Shown here: piece after piece, positions 28,443-38,136 of the stretch
Layout of the letters: every line of letters begins with the position of its first letter
How positions within the stretch are numbered: position 1 is the stretch's first letter
Source: an uncultured cyanobacterium
GTDB lineage: Bacteria; Cyanobacteriota; Cyanobacteriia; Cyanobacteriales; Nostocaceae
Direction of reading: 5' to 3'
Assembly: GCA_963706595.1 (NCBI GenBank)
Contig: OY970166.1
Coordinates: 1,408,001-1,472,000, forward strand
DNA length: 64,000 bases
Program-made: the position numbers and the translations under genes
Notes under the pieces: model-generated
Told to the model about the DNA's origin: nothing
What the model saw: the letters and a program-made list of their open reading frames with translations, nothing else
The model's database searches: none

Positions 28443-28520
28443 AACTTGACAAAAAATCAATCCAAATCACCCTTTTTTATTTTTACAACTTTTTACAGTT
28501 TTCCATCCTTTAGTCTGCAA
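28443..28520. promoter_or_regulatory. 78-bp conserved upstream element (copy 1)
   Basis: 67/78 ungapped identity to 31591-31668. Confidence 0.7.
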
Positions 28521-28682
28521 TTGTTTTTCCATAGTTACTAAATTAAACTTCCGAATTTGGCATTTATAGAATATCATTGTTTTTCGCATTGATAGATAGA
28601 CATCCCAAAAACAAAACTTAACTAATTACCTAATTTACCCAAAGTTAAGGATGAAAATTTGAAAGACAAAGAGTATACGAAA

Positions 28683-30266
28683 TTAATCTTCCTTAATTGC
28701 ATTACCAGCAGGAAGTAGAATACCTTTCACCAATAAAGTATCCATAAACATCTTCCGCAGAATTCGCTGGATGTGAATATGTTTTCCTGGCTTTACTTTT
28801 GTCAACGTTCGCAGCAATAAATTAGATTCACCCATACTTTCTACACCATCTACTAAAGTGGGTTCAAGTACATCTGGATAATTTGTTTGTAACTGCTGTC
28901 CTATTTCTTCAATCACTTGATATATATGAGTTAAATTAGAATCATAAGGTACATAAACTTCCACGACTGCAAATATGTACTGTTTGGAGTAATTGGTAAT
29001 TGAACCAATATCCCCATTACGAATAATCTGCAATTGACCATTCGGATGTCTGATGCGGGTAGTTCTCAGTTCAATGGCCTCAACAGTACCTTCTACTGCT
29101 TTCTCTTCAGCTTTACCAGCTTCAATATAGTCACCTACCAAATAATAGTTTTCAAAAAGAATAAAAAAGCCACAAACTATATCATTAATTAGTGTTTGTG
29201 CGCCTAAACCCACAGCGATACCAACAATCCCAGCACCAGCTAAGATAGGAGTAGGATTAATATCAAGAATATAGAGAATGGAAACTGCAACGCTGAAGTA
29301 AATTAAATATTGCAACAAACTACGAAACAAAGGAATCATAGTTAAGCGTCTGCTTTTTTGGGTGTCGGTCAAATCCTGGTCTTTGAATAGCACCTCTTCT
29401 AGCAGTAAGTAAATCACCTCAAATATCACACGACTTATGAAAATGATAGCGATGATGTTTATAATTTTTAAACCAAAAATCGCCAGCTTGGCTATTAACT
29501 GCACCTGCTGAATTACCAATGTGACTGTGCAGACGTAAATCACAAATTCTAAACATCGCTTTAAAAAGGGAATCAGGTGTTGGAGACGATCATAAAATCT
29601 TAATAGATTATCAGGACTGGAGTATTTGACGCTCAGAACATCTAGAATATCAACAATTGCCGCAACTGCTTTGAGAATGAGTAATCCCACACCAATGATC
29701 AAATAAATCCGCAGTGCAATGTAAAGATACTCTGAAGCTAGTGTGGGTAATTTGAGAAATTGGGTACAAGCAATCAGAACCCATAACCAAATTCCACCTC
29801 TGATTCTTTGATTGAGTGCGGTGAAAAAAGTGTCAATACTTTCATCGTCGGACGTATTTTGATCTAAGTTCTTAGCGCGATTACTAGCTATCTTCAACCA
29901 AGATTTGATGACTTTGAGAGCGAATATTGCTGCAATTATAACACCACCACTTTTAGCAATACCAATTCCTAATGCCATCCAAAATCCTGATGGAATCTTG
30001 CGAATCAAGGCTATTGTATATTGTTGGAGGTCTTCACCCCGATAGATGAGATAACCATTAGCACCGACAATCAAAATGCACAATACTATGCAACTCAGCA
30101 ATAATAAACCAGTAATATTGCGGCGCATAATTTTGATTTTTAAATCGTCGCCCTTGAATATTGATAATCTAACCAACAACTTGAATAACTTACCTACAAG
30201 CCATCTTAATAAGAGAAAAACAATTATTAAAATGCCGACTTCAGCCAAAATAATTAATAGGTTCAT
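28683..30266 (-). CDS. MscS family mechanosensitive channel (large N-terminal TM region)
   Basis: AGAGIVGIAVGLGAQ.LI.D...GFFIL.E..Y.VGD, IELRTTRI, NYSK. Confidence 0.88.
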   Translation of the reverse strand: MNLLIILAEVGILIIVFLLLRWLVGKLFKLLVRLSIFKGDDLKIKIMRRNITGLLLLSCIVLCILIVGANGYLIYRGEDLQQYTIALIRKIPSGFWMALGIGIAKSGGVIIAAIFALKVIKSWLKIASNRAKNLDQNTSDDESIDTFFTALNQRIRGGIWLWVLIACTQFLKLPTLASEYLYIALRIYLIIGVGLLILKAVAAIVDILDVLSVKYSSPDNLLRFYDRLQHLIPFLKRCLEFVIYVCTVTLVIQQVQLIAKLAIFGLKIINIIAIIFISRVIFEVIYLLLEEVLFKDQDLTDTQKSRRLTMIPLFRSLLQYLIYFSVAVSILYILDINPTPILAGAGIVGIAVGLGAQTLINDIVCGFFILFENYYLVGDYIEAGKAEEKAVEGTVEAIELRTTRIRHPNGQLQIIRNGDIGSITNYSKQYIFAVVEVYVPYDSNLTHIYQVIEEIGQQLQTNYPDVLEPTLVDGVESMGESNLLLRTLTKVKPGKHIHIQRILRKMFMDTLLVKGILLPAGNAIKED

Positions 30267-30345
30267 ATTTCGGTAATTTTCGCATTTTCATGATACCAAA
30301 TACCCGAACCCTCAAAGAATTCGGGTATATTTACGCTGAAGTTTT

Positions 30346-31461
30346 TTAATTATTGCTGTTTTGCATCGGTTTATATTTTTCTGGTTCTGTTCTCAACTCT
30401 ACATATAGAGAATCAATACCCTCTTGTTCTAAAAGTTCCAAGATGGCTAAATTTAAGTTTCTTTCAGCATCAAAGTAAAGATTATCATCATTAACAAATG
30501 CCATAAGTTCAATAACTCTGGCATTTTTTTCAATATTTTTGAAACGTACTGTACACTTAGGAGAAAAGCCAGGAATAGATGTTGGTATTTGTTGAATAGC
30601 ATCACAAATTCTCGCAGTTTGTTTTGCCGAAATACCATCAATTTTGAGAATTAAATTTAATCCCCACTTTAATTCGTCCCCTGGATTTTGTGACCAATTT
30701 TCTACAATTCCAGAAATCATGCGAGAATTGGGCATTTTGACGATTGAACCCCACTTAGCTAGATGCAGTGTTGTGGTTCTAAATCCAATAGTTAGGATCT
30801 CGACAAAACCATCTATTCCTGATATTCCCACCCAATCACCTTCTCGATACAGATTATCAGAGTAGATAATAATTGTACAAAACCAATCATAAAGAATGTC
30901 TTTAAAGAGTAAACCTAAAGTGATACCGGCACCACCGAGTAAACCCACAAGTGCAGCAGCTGATTGTCCTAAAAATATTTCACTGATTTTAATTGTCAGT
31001 ACAATAATTGCTGCTGATTGAAAAATTTTCGGCATCAAAGGTCTGAGCAATTCATCAAGTTCAGTTTCAGTATGCAGTACTATGTTAGCAATTACTTGAC
31101 CTAAAATTGAAGAACTACGATAAACAACATAGCCAACAATAAAAATAACTATTAGGTTCAGACTTTTACCAATAGTATCGGTTAAGCTAGAACCTAATTC
31201 TTCTGCAAGAATTTCCTTAATCAGCCAAAATCCACCAATGAGAATTAGCCAATTTAAAGCTGGCTTAATAATAGCAATTAATTCATCATCAAGAGTAGTT
31301 TCTGTTTTGCTTGTGAAATTTTCAATGGTTTTAATGATCACTGCCAGAACAAATCTTCTTAATGTCTGTGTCAACGTCAGAATGACAATTACAGCAGCAA
31401 TTTTAGCAATGGGAAAATTAGAATAGTCGATACTTTTGAGCGCATTATAGATGATTTCCAT
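30346..31461 (-). CDS. MscS family mechanosensitive channel
   Basis: LGGAGITLGLLFKD, Y.EGDWV...DG.V..IGFRTT, PNS..I.G.VENWS. Confidence 0.85.
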   Translation of the reverse strand: MEIIYNALKSIDYSNFPIAKIAAVIVILTLTQTLRRFVLAVIIKTIENFTSKTETTLDDELIAIIKPALNWLILIGGFWLIKEILAEELGSSLTDTIGKSLNLIVIFIVGYVVYRSSSILGQVIANIVLHTETELDELLRPLMPKIFQSAAIIVLTIKISEIFLGQSAAALVGLLGGAGITLGLLFKDILYDWFCTIIIYSDNLYREGDWVGISGIDGFVEILTIGFRTTTLHLAKWGSIVKMPNSRMISGIVENWSQNPGDELKWGLNLILKIDGISAKQTARICDAIQQIPTSIPGFSPKCTVRFKNIEKNARVIELMAFVNDDNLYFDAERNLNLAILELLEQEGIDSLYVELRTEPEKYKPMQNSNN

Positions 31462-31590
31462 TTTTACCCTGGTTACACTGTTATATATTTGAGTCTGTTG
31501 ATTTTAAATCATTGGATGATTTTTATCAGCGTTCAGGATTTTAACAGCTATTTAAATCTTGATTTATAAATGCTGTCCAAAAATTCATGA

Positions 31591-31668
31591 AACTTGACAA
31601 ATAATCAATCCAAACCACCATTTGTCATCTGTCCAAGTTTTTACAGTTTTCAATCCTTTACTCTGCAA
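31591..31668. promoter_or_regulatory. 78-bp conserved upstream element (copy 2)
   Basis: 67/78 ungapped identity to 28443-28520. Confidence 0.7.
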
Positions 31669-31708
31669 ATGATGATCTAACACTGTTAATGATTGAGCAA
31701 TCATTCCT

Positions 31709-32022
31709 TTAATCCTCTTTGTTGACTCTGGGTGTTTCTGGATCAACGCCAAGTTCAAACAGGATTTTATATTGAGGATGGATGCGATTTGCTAATAAAC
31801 CAACCCGGATTAATTTGTTGATATAAACAACTGCTAAATGCCCAAGGTAGAAAATTAATTTCTTTCTTAAAAGGTCGGGATTAAGGTAAAATGTATCTTC
31901 GCTAATAAAAGTCTGGAAAAGTGTTTCTTGCAAATTCCACGAGTTCTCAAAGTAATTGAGTAGAGTTTGGGAATTTGAGCAGATGCCATCTGATGAATTT
32001 TAGCCTTGGGAATTGCTTGCAT
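31709..32022 (-). pseudogene. ovoA: 5' remnant of a 5-histidylcysteine sulfoxide synthase (OvoA-like), frameshifted and truncated
   Basis: LLNYFENSW..LR..LIFYLGH.AV.YINKL...LFELGVDP matches the OvoA N-terminal DinB-like domain; frame break near 31965 and early stop. Confidence 0.7.
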
Positions 32023-32189
32023 GGACTTAAATTAAATTTTGCAAAAAGAATATATATCTACTGATCAGTAGTGTATCTTTCAGCATTTTTATGCCATTTA
32101 TTTAAATACACTATTCTGGTACGCTTTTTTGAGTTTTAAGCAAAATTTAACTATTTTGGCATTTTTACTGAGCTACTTAGTTGAATATT

Positions 32190-33476
32190 TTATTCCTTGC
32201 GAGTCTCTTGAAAAGCAAGACCCATCACTACTAATCCTGGCCAATATAAATAAACTAATATCTCTAAGTTTTCACCAAAGGTATAAAGAAAAAGAATCAT
32301 CACAACACTCAAGCCTACTTTAGCAGTTGGCCGTCTACTATCCATTGACTTAATTAACAAATCAACAAAACTGAAAGCCAAGGGAACAGCTAGAGCGATA
32401 AATCCAACAATGCCCTTGACAAACAATAAACCCGCCCAGCTATGATGTGAACCAATGGGCATATACTCAACAAGATGGGGTCCTTCTTCAACCACACCAT
32501 GTCCCCAAATTGGAGCTTCGGTTCTCCAGCGATAGACAGCAATTTCTTTTAAAGCCATGCGTACTCTTGTTGATCCGGCTCTTGCTGCCTTGAAACCTTC
32601 CCAAAAATTCTTAAAAGCCACAATGATTGATGGGGCGAAAATGCCACTTAGGTAACTAAAAAAACCCAGTCCAATGAGCATCTGTGGCCGAGCTAAACCA
32701 GATAAGACTTTTGTGAGTAAGGGGATAATAATGATGCAAACTTGAGCTAGACGGGATTTACAAACAAGACACATGACAACTGATCCTACTAGTCCTAACC
32801 AGCGCCATTTATGATTTTTTTCTTGCAAGGCCAGCATAAAGTTAACATTGCCCACAAAACCCAATGCTGGTCCCCAAGGGGTAAATAGCCGCCAGCGTAA
32901 ATCACCCGTGCTGCCATCAACTTCATAGAGAGGCACGTCAAAAAATTCATTACCAGGTCCACCTACGGCTTTTAGTGGTGAGACATAAAGGACTTGGGGT
33001 AGGTGCAGTAAGGGAGTTAATAATAAAAAAGGGATAATCAACAGGGTATGAAGACCCACGATACAAACGGCTCGATAAATTATCTGGGGGCGGATGTTTA
33101 AGCATCCTGCTAAGGGATAAAGAGCTAGTGCAGCCCAACCTTTAGCCCAGCCAATGGAGGATTTAATGATTAAACCTGTTGGTAAATTATAGTCAAGATG
33201 TCCGGCTATCAATGCCACTTCCATCATCAACATCGAGATAATCCATATCCATAAAGACCAAGAAAGTGTAATTTTTTCTTCGTCTGGGGTGTCTTTAGTT
33301 TGAGCGAGAATTTTAATTAGTAACAATAGTAGTAGTAGCCAACCTAAGACAGCGCCGACAACATAAAGCCCGCCGAAAAGCCAGATGTAATAGGTATTAG
33401 CGATCGCCCACCACACTACTTTTTCTGGTATATTCTCCGGTTTGATATCATCTTTTTTGGTATGCTTCAACATCAA
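32190..33476 (-). CDS. O-antigen ligase / Wzy polymerase-like membrane protein
   Basis: Multi-TM protein, KSR.A, S..VR, PIWGHG, GSHHSW motifs. Confidence 0.8.
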   Translation of the reverse strand: MMLKHTKKDDIKPENIPEKVVWWAIANTYYIWLFGGLYVVGAVLGWLLLLLLLIKILAQTKDTPDEEKITLSWSLWIWIISMLMMEVALIAGHLDYNLPTGLIIKSSIGWAKGWAALALYPLAGCLNIRPQIIYRAVCIVGLHTLLIIPFLLLTPLLHLPQVLYVSPLKAVGGPGNEFFDVPLYEVDGSTGDLRWRLFTPWGPALGFVGNVNFMLALQEKNHKWRWLGLVGSVVMCLVCKSRLAQVCIIIIPLLTKVLSGLARPQMLIGLGFFSYLSGIFAPSIIVAFKNFWEGFKAARAGSTRVRMALKEIAVYRWRTEAPIWGHGVVEEGPHLVEYMPIGSHHSWAGLLFVKGIVGFIALAVPLAFSFVDLLIKSMDSRRPTAKVGLSVVMILFLYTFGENLEILVYLYWPGLVVMGLAFQETRKE

Positions 33477-33614
33477 TTTCCTGGGAAAATTCCTGATTGA
33501 TCAATAGGGTATTGGGAATCACGGAGAAGAAAAACAAAAATTTTTCAATGTTTAAGCCTCTTCTTGATCAGGAGAGGTCAATCCCAAATCCAAAATTGAG
33601 GGACTTTGGCTATA

Positions 33615-35012
33615 TCATGATATCCACTTAGATAGCTTGTCTATCCAGGGTTTACGAATCCACAGCACACCAAGACCGAAAGTAGAAAAGAGCGAACCAA
33701 CCGCCGCTCCAGCCAGGATAAAGTTCTTTTTAGGAGCCGTGGGTTCATCTGGCAAAGTAGGCTCCATTGCCATTTGAATTAAAGGATAGGTAGAAAATAC
33801 ATCCCCTTGCCCTAAATCTAATTTGGTGAGAGTAGAGGCAAAAGTCGCTTCAGCAATCTGTTGATCTCGCTTCAAGTTTTCTAAAATCGACTGCTTTTGA
33901 GAAAGATTATCTAGACGCTTTTCCAATTGAGCGATCGCTAAGTCCAACCCTTTAACTTGGGCTTTGAGTCCCTGTTGATCTGATTGGTAAGTCACCAAAT
34001 TCTGGAATAGTATATCCCGCCCAGATCCGTTAACGGCCAAAGCTAAACGATTGAGTGTCGCGGGAGTCAGAGGCTGACCTGATAAGTATTCACTACGCTC
34101 AAGTAAGGCATCCCAAGCAGCTTCTTGGCGTTTGCTTTCTTTAATTATTTGAGGATGGTTAACACCAAACTTAGTTATTAAGACTTCCAAGGAAGTTGTA
34201 GCTTCACTGTACTCCTTGAGGTTTTGTTGAAAGATTTGGTCTACATGGAGAAAAAAAGCTGTTGCTGCTTCAGCAGGGGAAAGTCTGAGATCCTGAGATA
34301 ACTGCTGCATTCGTTTGTCAGTCAGTTCCTCTTGGGCATGAGTTTCTGCTCGCAATCGGCGCAGTTGCTCAATATTAGTAGATAAATTACCTACTTGATC
34401 AGGAAAATTTAAACCAGAACGCATTTTATAATCCGAGAGTCGTTTTTGCGCGTCCTCTAGTTTACGCTGGGCAGAGAGCAGAATTTCCTGGGAAGGTTTC
34501 CCTCGTTGACTAATTTCCCCAGATCGTAAGACATTGATGTGGCTAACTATTGCTTCATAGAGAGCTAAAGATTTATCCCGTGCTTCTTCTGGACTTTTGC
34601 CAGTGACTTCAAACTGCATGATTGTTGTGTTGTTTAACAGTTTGATGCGGGGCTGATTGAATTGATCAACCGGAATTTTAGCGATCGCTGCTGCGGCTTC
34701 TAACACGCGGTCACTTGTAAAAATATATTGCAGATTTGCTCTAGGATCATAAGTAGAACTCCCTAAAGCAGAGCCAGTAGAAGAAGACGCTTGACCAATC
34801 CCTGGCAGGTTGACGCTCACCCCTAAACTACCGCTACTGAGTATTAACCCCCACTCACTAGTATAAGTAGGTTTGGTAATTTTCAAATACTGGAACGATG
34901 ACCCCCAAATCAAAGTATTACCCAATATACTGAGGATGAGATAGCGCAGCCAACGGCCTTTAAGGAAACTCCCCAGATGTGCCATCTTAAAAATTAATAG
35001 CCTTTGTGTCAT
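33615..35012 (-). CDS. GumC/Wzc-like polysaccharide chain-length co-polymerase (no kinase domain)
   Basis: N- and C-terminal TM helices, long coiled coil, HPQI, PTLPDEPTAP before the final TM. Confidence 0.85.
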   Translation of the reverse strand: MTQRLLIFKMAHLGSFLKGRWLRYLILSILGNTLIWGSSFQYLKITKPTYTSEWGLILSSGSLGVSVNLPGIGQASSSTGSALGSSTYDPRANLQYIFTSDRVLEAAAAIAKIPVDQFNQPRIKLLNNTTIMQFEVTGKSPEEARDKSLALYEAIVSHINVLRSGEISQRGKPSQEILLSAQRKLEDAQKRLSDYKMRSGLNFPDQVGNLSTNIEQLRRLRAETHAQEELTDKRMQQLSQDLRLSPAEAATAFFLHVDQIFQQNLKEYSEATTSLEVLITKFGVNHPQIIKESKRQEAAWDALLERSEYLSGQPLTPATLNRLALAVNGSGRDILFQNLVTYQSDQQGLKAQVKGLDLAIAQLEKRLDNLSQKQSILENLKRDQQIAEATFASTLTKLDLGQGDVFSTYPLIQMAMEPTLPDEPTAPKKNFILAGAAVGSLFSTFGLGVLWIRKPWIDKLSKWIS

Positions 35013-36040
35013 CTGAATAAATCTCGCAAAATGGGAATAGGGGAGAGGATGGTTTGGATAATATCCCGAAATTGAACAACTTTTGAGTCATAGCAGGTGA
35101 CAATATCATTGGCCTGTAGAAAAGGGTTGTTAACATCGCTGGTAGAATCAGTCAGTAAATTGTTGACATGACGCTGCAAGTACGTGGTTTTCCCAGTCAA
35201 ATGCTCAGTAGTTACCAAGATGGCTTTGCGTTCGGCATTAGTACCCCTTGTCCCCCCAGCACAGTTGGCTGCTGTCACCGCATGGGAAAAGCGAGAACCA
35301 TAAGGAAATGATGTTGCATCACGTCCAATCCCAGAAACAGCATTACCCGTAGCTGGTACGGTGAGATTGGAAAGAAATACCTTCACACCAACCGGGGTAA
35401 TTGGGGAAGGACGCACGAGTTCATTGTGCATCTGTCCCGAATCTGGAACGATGATGCGATCGCCCGCAATCAATGCTATATCAACAAAGGGTTCACCTGT
35501 GAATAGACCAGATAGGTCAATAATTCGGGTTTTTTTGTCGCGAATCAATTGAATGTTTTTGATATCAGCAGTGGGTTTGACTCCTCCTGCATCACGGATA
35601 GCAGATGCCAAGTAACGGTTTATGGGATATTGTCCCGCCACTGGCACAGGAGGCTGTGTTTTCTCTGCTGGGGAAGGTTCATTGATCAATACCCTTCCTG
35701 GTGAAAATGTTGCCCCACTAACAAACACCTCCACCGGCCCCCACTGCACTACTCTTAAACTTACCTGGAGAAAAGAGGGCTGGAAAAAAGCGCCATCAAT
35801 CAAAACTGTCTTCAGATTCTCCTCGACTTGCTCTGGTTCTAAACCCACAACTGGCAACAGGGTGAGATAGGGAATCTCTAAATTGCCTTCTAAGTTGACT
35901 TCAAAAATCCCACTAAACTCTTCTCCTTCTGGGATAGTTACCTTGACGCGATCGCCCGGAGATAGAGGCAATGCCAAACTAGGTTTCGCGAATATTAATG
36001 TTGCAACTATGGCATTACAAAGTAAACGTTTAAGCATCAC
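35009..36040 (-). CDS. Wza/OPX polysaccharide export protein (Poly_export plus SLBB)
   Basis: LSPGDRV, G.LEIPYL, V.VSGA...PG, AGG, GDRIIVP; 4-bp overlap with the downstream gene. Confidence 0.88.
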   Translation of the reverse strand: MMLKRLLCNAIVATLIFAKPSLALPLSPGDRVKVTIPEGEEFSGIFEVNLEGNLEIPYLTLLPVVGLEPEQVEENLKTVLIDGAFFQPSFLQVSLRVVQWGPVEVFVSGATFSPGRVLINEPSPAEKTQPPVPVAGQYPINRYLASAIRDAGGVKPTADIKNIQLIRDKKTRIIDLSGLFTGEPFVDIALIAGDRIIVPDSGQMHNELVRPSPITPVGVKVFLSNLTVPATGNAVSGIGRDATSFPYGSRFSHAVTAANCAGGTRGTNAERKAILVTTEHLTGKTTYLQRHVNNLLTDSTSDVNNPFLQANDIVTCYDSKVVQFRDIIQTILSPIPILRDLFR

Positions 36041-36760
36041 TAGAGAAAATACGTAAGTGGCTATTTCGCTAATTTGTGAGAATAACAGACCAAAACTAGT
36101 AAGTAGTTTCCACTAGAATATCTAGTTTTAGTTGTCCCTAATAACTAATATTTATTTTACAGTATTATTTTAGATGCAAATACCCTGTTTCCCAGTCTAA
36201 CTAACTATCTAACCCTCTGAAAGCAGTAATATTACGTATTTTCTGCTGCCAATTACTGATATAAATCAGGGGAATTAGTGAGATGGAATAACTTAATTAT
36301 TTAGTAGCTATTTTTTTAAAAAATATACAAATTTTATTTGACAACTTGAGGAATTGAGTGTATAAAAATAATACAGGGTTTAAAAAAGAATGCATCTCTC
36401 CTAAAAAGTTGTTTGCCATCCCAGTAAATGCTGGACATTTACCAAGAGAAAGGCAATCAACAATCACAGCAAGCCAGTGGCTTTTCGGGTGGAAGTCCGT
36501 CTACATGGGTTTTAAATCCTGATAGTAGCTATCAGCTATAAGCGGTCAACAGTCAGCAGTCAACCCCTCTTGGGACACGGCATTTTGATTGACCTATAGT
36601 ATGCTGTAAAAATTTCTTGATACCACAAGCCTCTAGATTTATCTGTGGGGTGAATCCAAAATCTCAAATTGGATAAAGCTTTTTTTGGGTAGCGTTGTTG
36701 CTTAACCCAAGCGATTTTTTCGGGGCATCTACCAGTCAATTAATTCTGAGAATCTCCATT

Positions 36761-37837
36761 ATGGGACTCACCGTTGGTCTGGTAAACACTTATTCAACAC
36801 TCAATATTGGTGATGCAGCCATCTATAGTGCCTTAACTGCTCTAGCATCAGAGGCTGAAGTTGTTGCTCAATTTCAAGATTCCGAACCGGAATACATTCC
36901 TGGTTTGCAAATTGTGACGCAGATTAGGCATTGTGATGCCTATATTAGTGTCGGTGGCGATATTTTTAATAATGCCCGTGAAGCTTTAATTACCAAATCC
37001 TTCATTAGGAATTTGCTTCAGTTAAGGCGATCGCCCAAGCATACTTTTGTATTTGGGCAATCTATTCCCCGCTCATGTCACAGTTTGAGTTTTCAAGCTT
37101 TGACCTATTGCTTGCGTCAATTGGCAGCTGTTTGTGTGCGCGATGTCGAAAGCCATCAACGTTTAACTAGGGCTGGCATCCCAGCAATTTTATCTTTTGA
37201 TGCAGCATTTACTTTATCAGCGAGTGAGCAAGCTAAAGACTTAGCTCAACAGGTGTTAAAAACACTGGAAATCCAACCAGAATCAGCAGCTTTGATTTCT
37301 CTGCGTACCTTTGATTCCATGTATCGCCATGACAATCAGCAGTTTCAACGACAACTTGTGTCCTTAAGTCGTAAATTCTGCCAACAGGGATATCAACCTG
37401 TATTGGTGATTCAGTCTCAAGCTTACGGTGCTGATCATGACTTAGCCATGGCCAAGGAAATTGTCCAACAAGTACCTCAGCTAAAAATTTTTAATCCCTT
37501 TGCCTTGAGCCATCAACTACCTAAATGGGAATTGGTAATGGGTGCATTGGCTATTTGTCGTTTGATTGTGGCAGTCAGATATCATACATCAGTTTTAGCC
37601 TTAGCAAGTGGTCGAGTTCCATTTAACTTGTACTACTCAAATAAGGGTAAAGATTTAACCAAACGCTTACAAATCCCTGGTTGTAGCCTAGAAGAGTTTA
37701 ACCCAGATATTCATTGGGATGCGATCGCTGCTACCTCTGTTACTACCTTTGATGATCAAATCATTCGCCAACAGGTCAAACAGGATTTTCAGAATTGCTA
37801 TAGCCGAGTCGTTGATTATGGCAGGGAAAAGGGTTAA
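36761..37837 (+). CDS. Polysaccharide pyruvyl transferase family protein
   Basis: NIGDAAI, GGDIF, GQSI, VRD.ES, D.AF, RYH; ATG at 36761 preferred. Confidence 0.85.
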   Translation: MGLTVGLVNTYSTLNIGDAAIYSALTALASEAEVVAQFQDSEPEYIPGLQIVTQIRHCDAYISVGGDIFNNAREALITKSFIRNLLQLRRSPKHTFVFGQSIPRSCHSLSFQALTYCLRQLAAVCVRDVESHQRLTRAGIPAILSFDAAFTLSASEQAKDLAQQVLKTLEIQPESAALISLRTFDSMYRHDNQQFQRQLVSLSRKFCQQGYQPVLVIQSQAYGADHDLAMAKEIVQQVPQLKIFNPFALSHQLPKWELVMGALAICRLIVAVRYHTSVLALASGRVPFNLYYSNKGKDLTKRLQIPGCSLEEFNPDIHWDAIAATSVTTFDDQIIRQQVKQDFQNCYSRVVDYGREKG

Positions 37838-37992
37838 AAGTCTTTTGGTGTCAAGCTTTTTCGGTAAATTTTGTCCCTGATCCAAGCGCATACCGCTATA
37901 AACCTTTAAGTTGCACATTGAGGTATGTGGGGGAGCAGAGATGCAGGGGGAGAAGTTTCTACCTAATTTAAAAATGAGGAAAATAAAACTCT

Positions 37993-38136
37993 ATGAAACC
38001 GAAAACTTGCCATTTGGTAGGTGGTTCCGGCATGGGTTGGACTGGTGACATGAAAGCCACATTACCAAGTTCAGCCATAAATTCTTGGCAAACGTACCTA
38101 TCTAACTGGGACAAGTTGCTAGAGGACTGGACATGA
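37993..38136 (+). pseudogene. 47-aa ORF, probable internally deleted glycosyltransferase
   Basis: GAGGA RBS; MKPKTCHLVGGSGMG...SWQTYLSNWDKLLEDWT; ATGA overlap with the flippase start. Confidence 0.45.

Noticed and set aside
27213..33399. Apparent HIP1-free stretch as proof of horizontal transfer
   Set aside because: Other multi-kb gaps occur in the window and a by-eye count is unreliable
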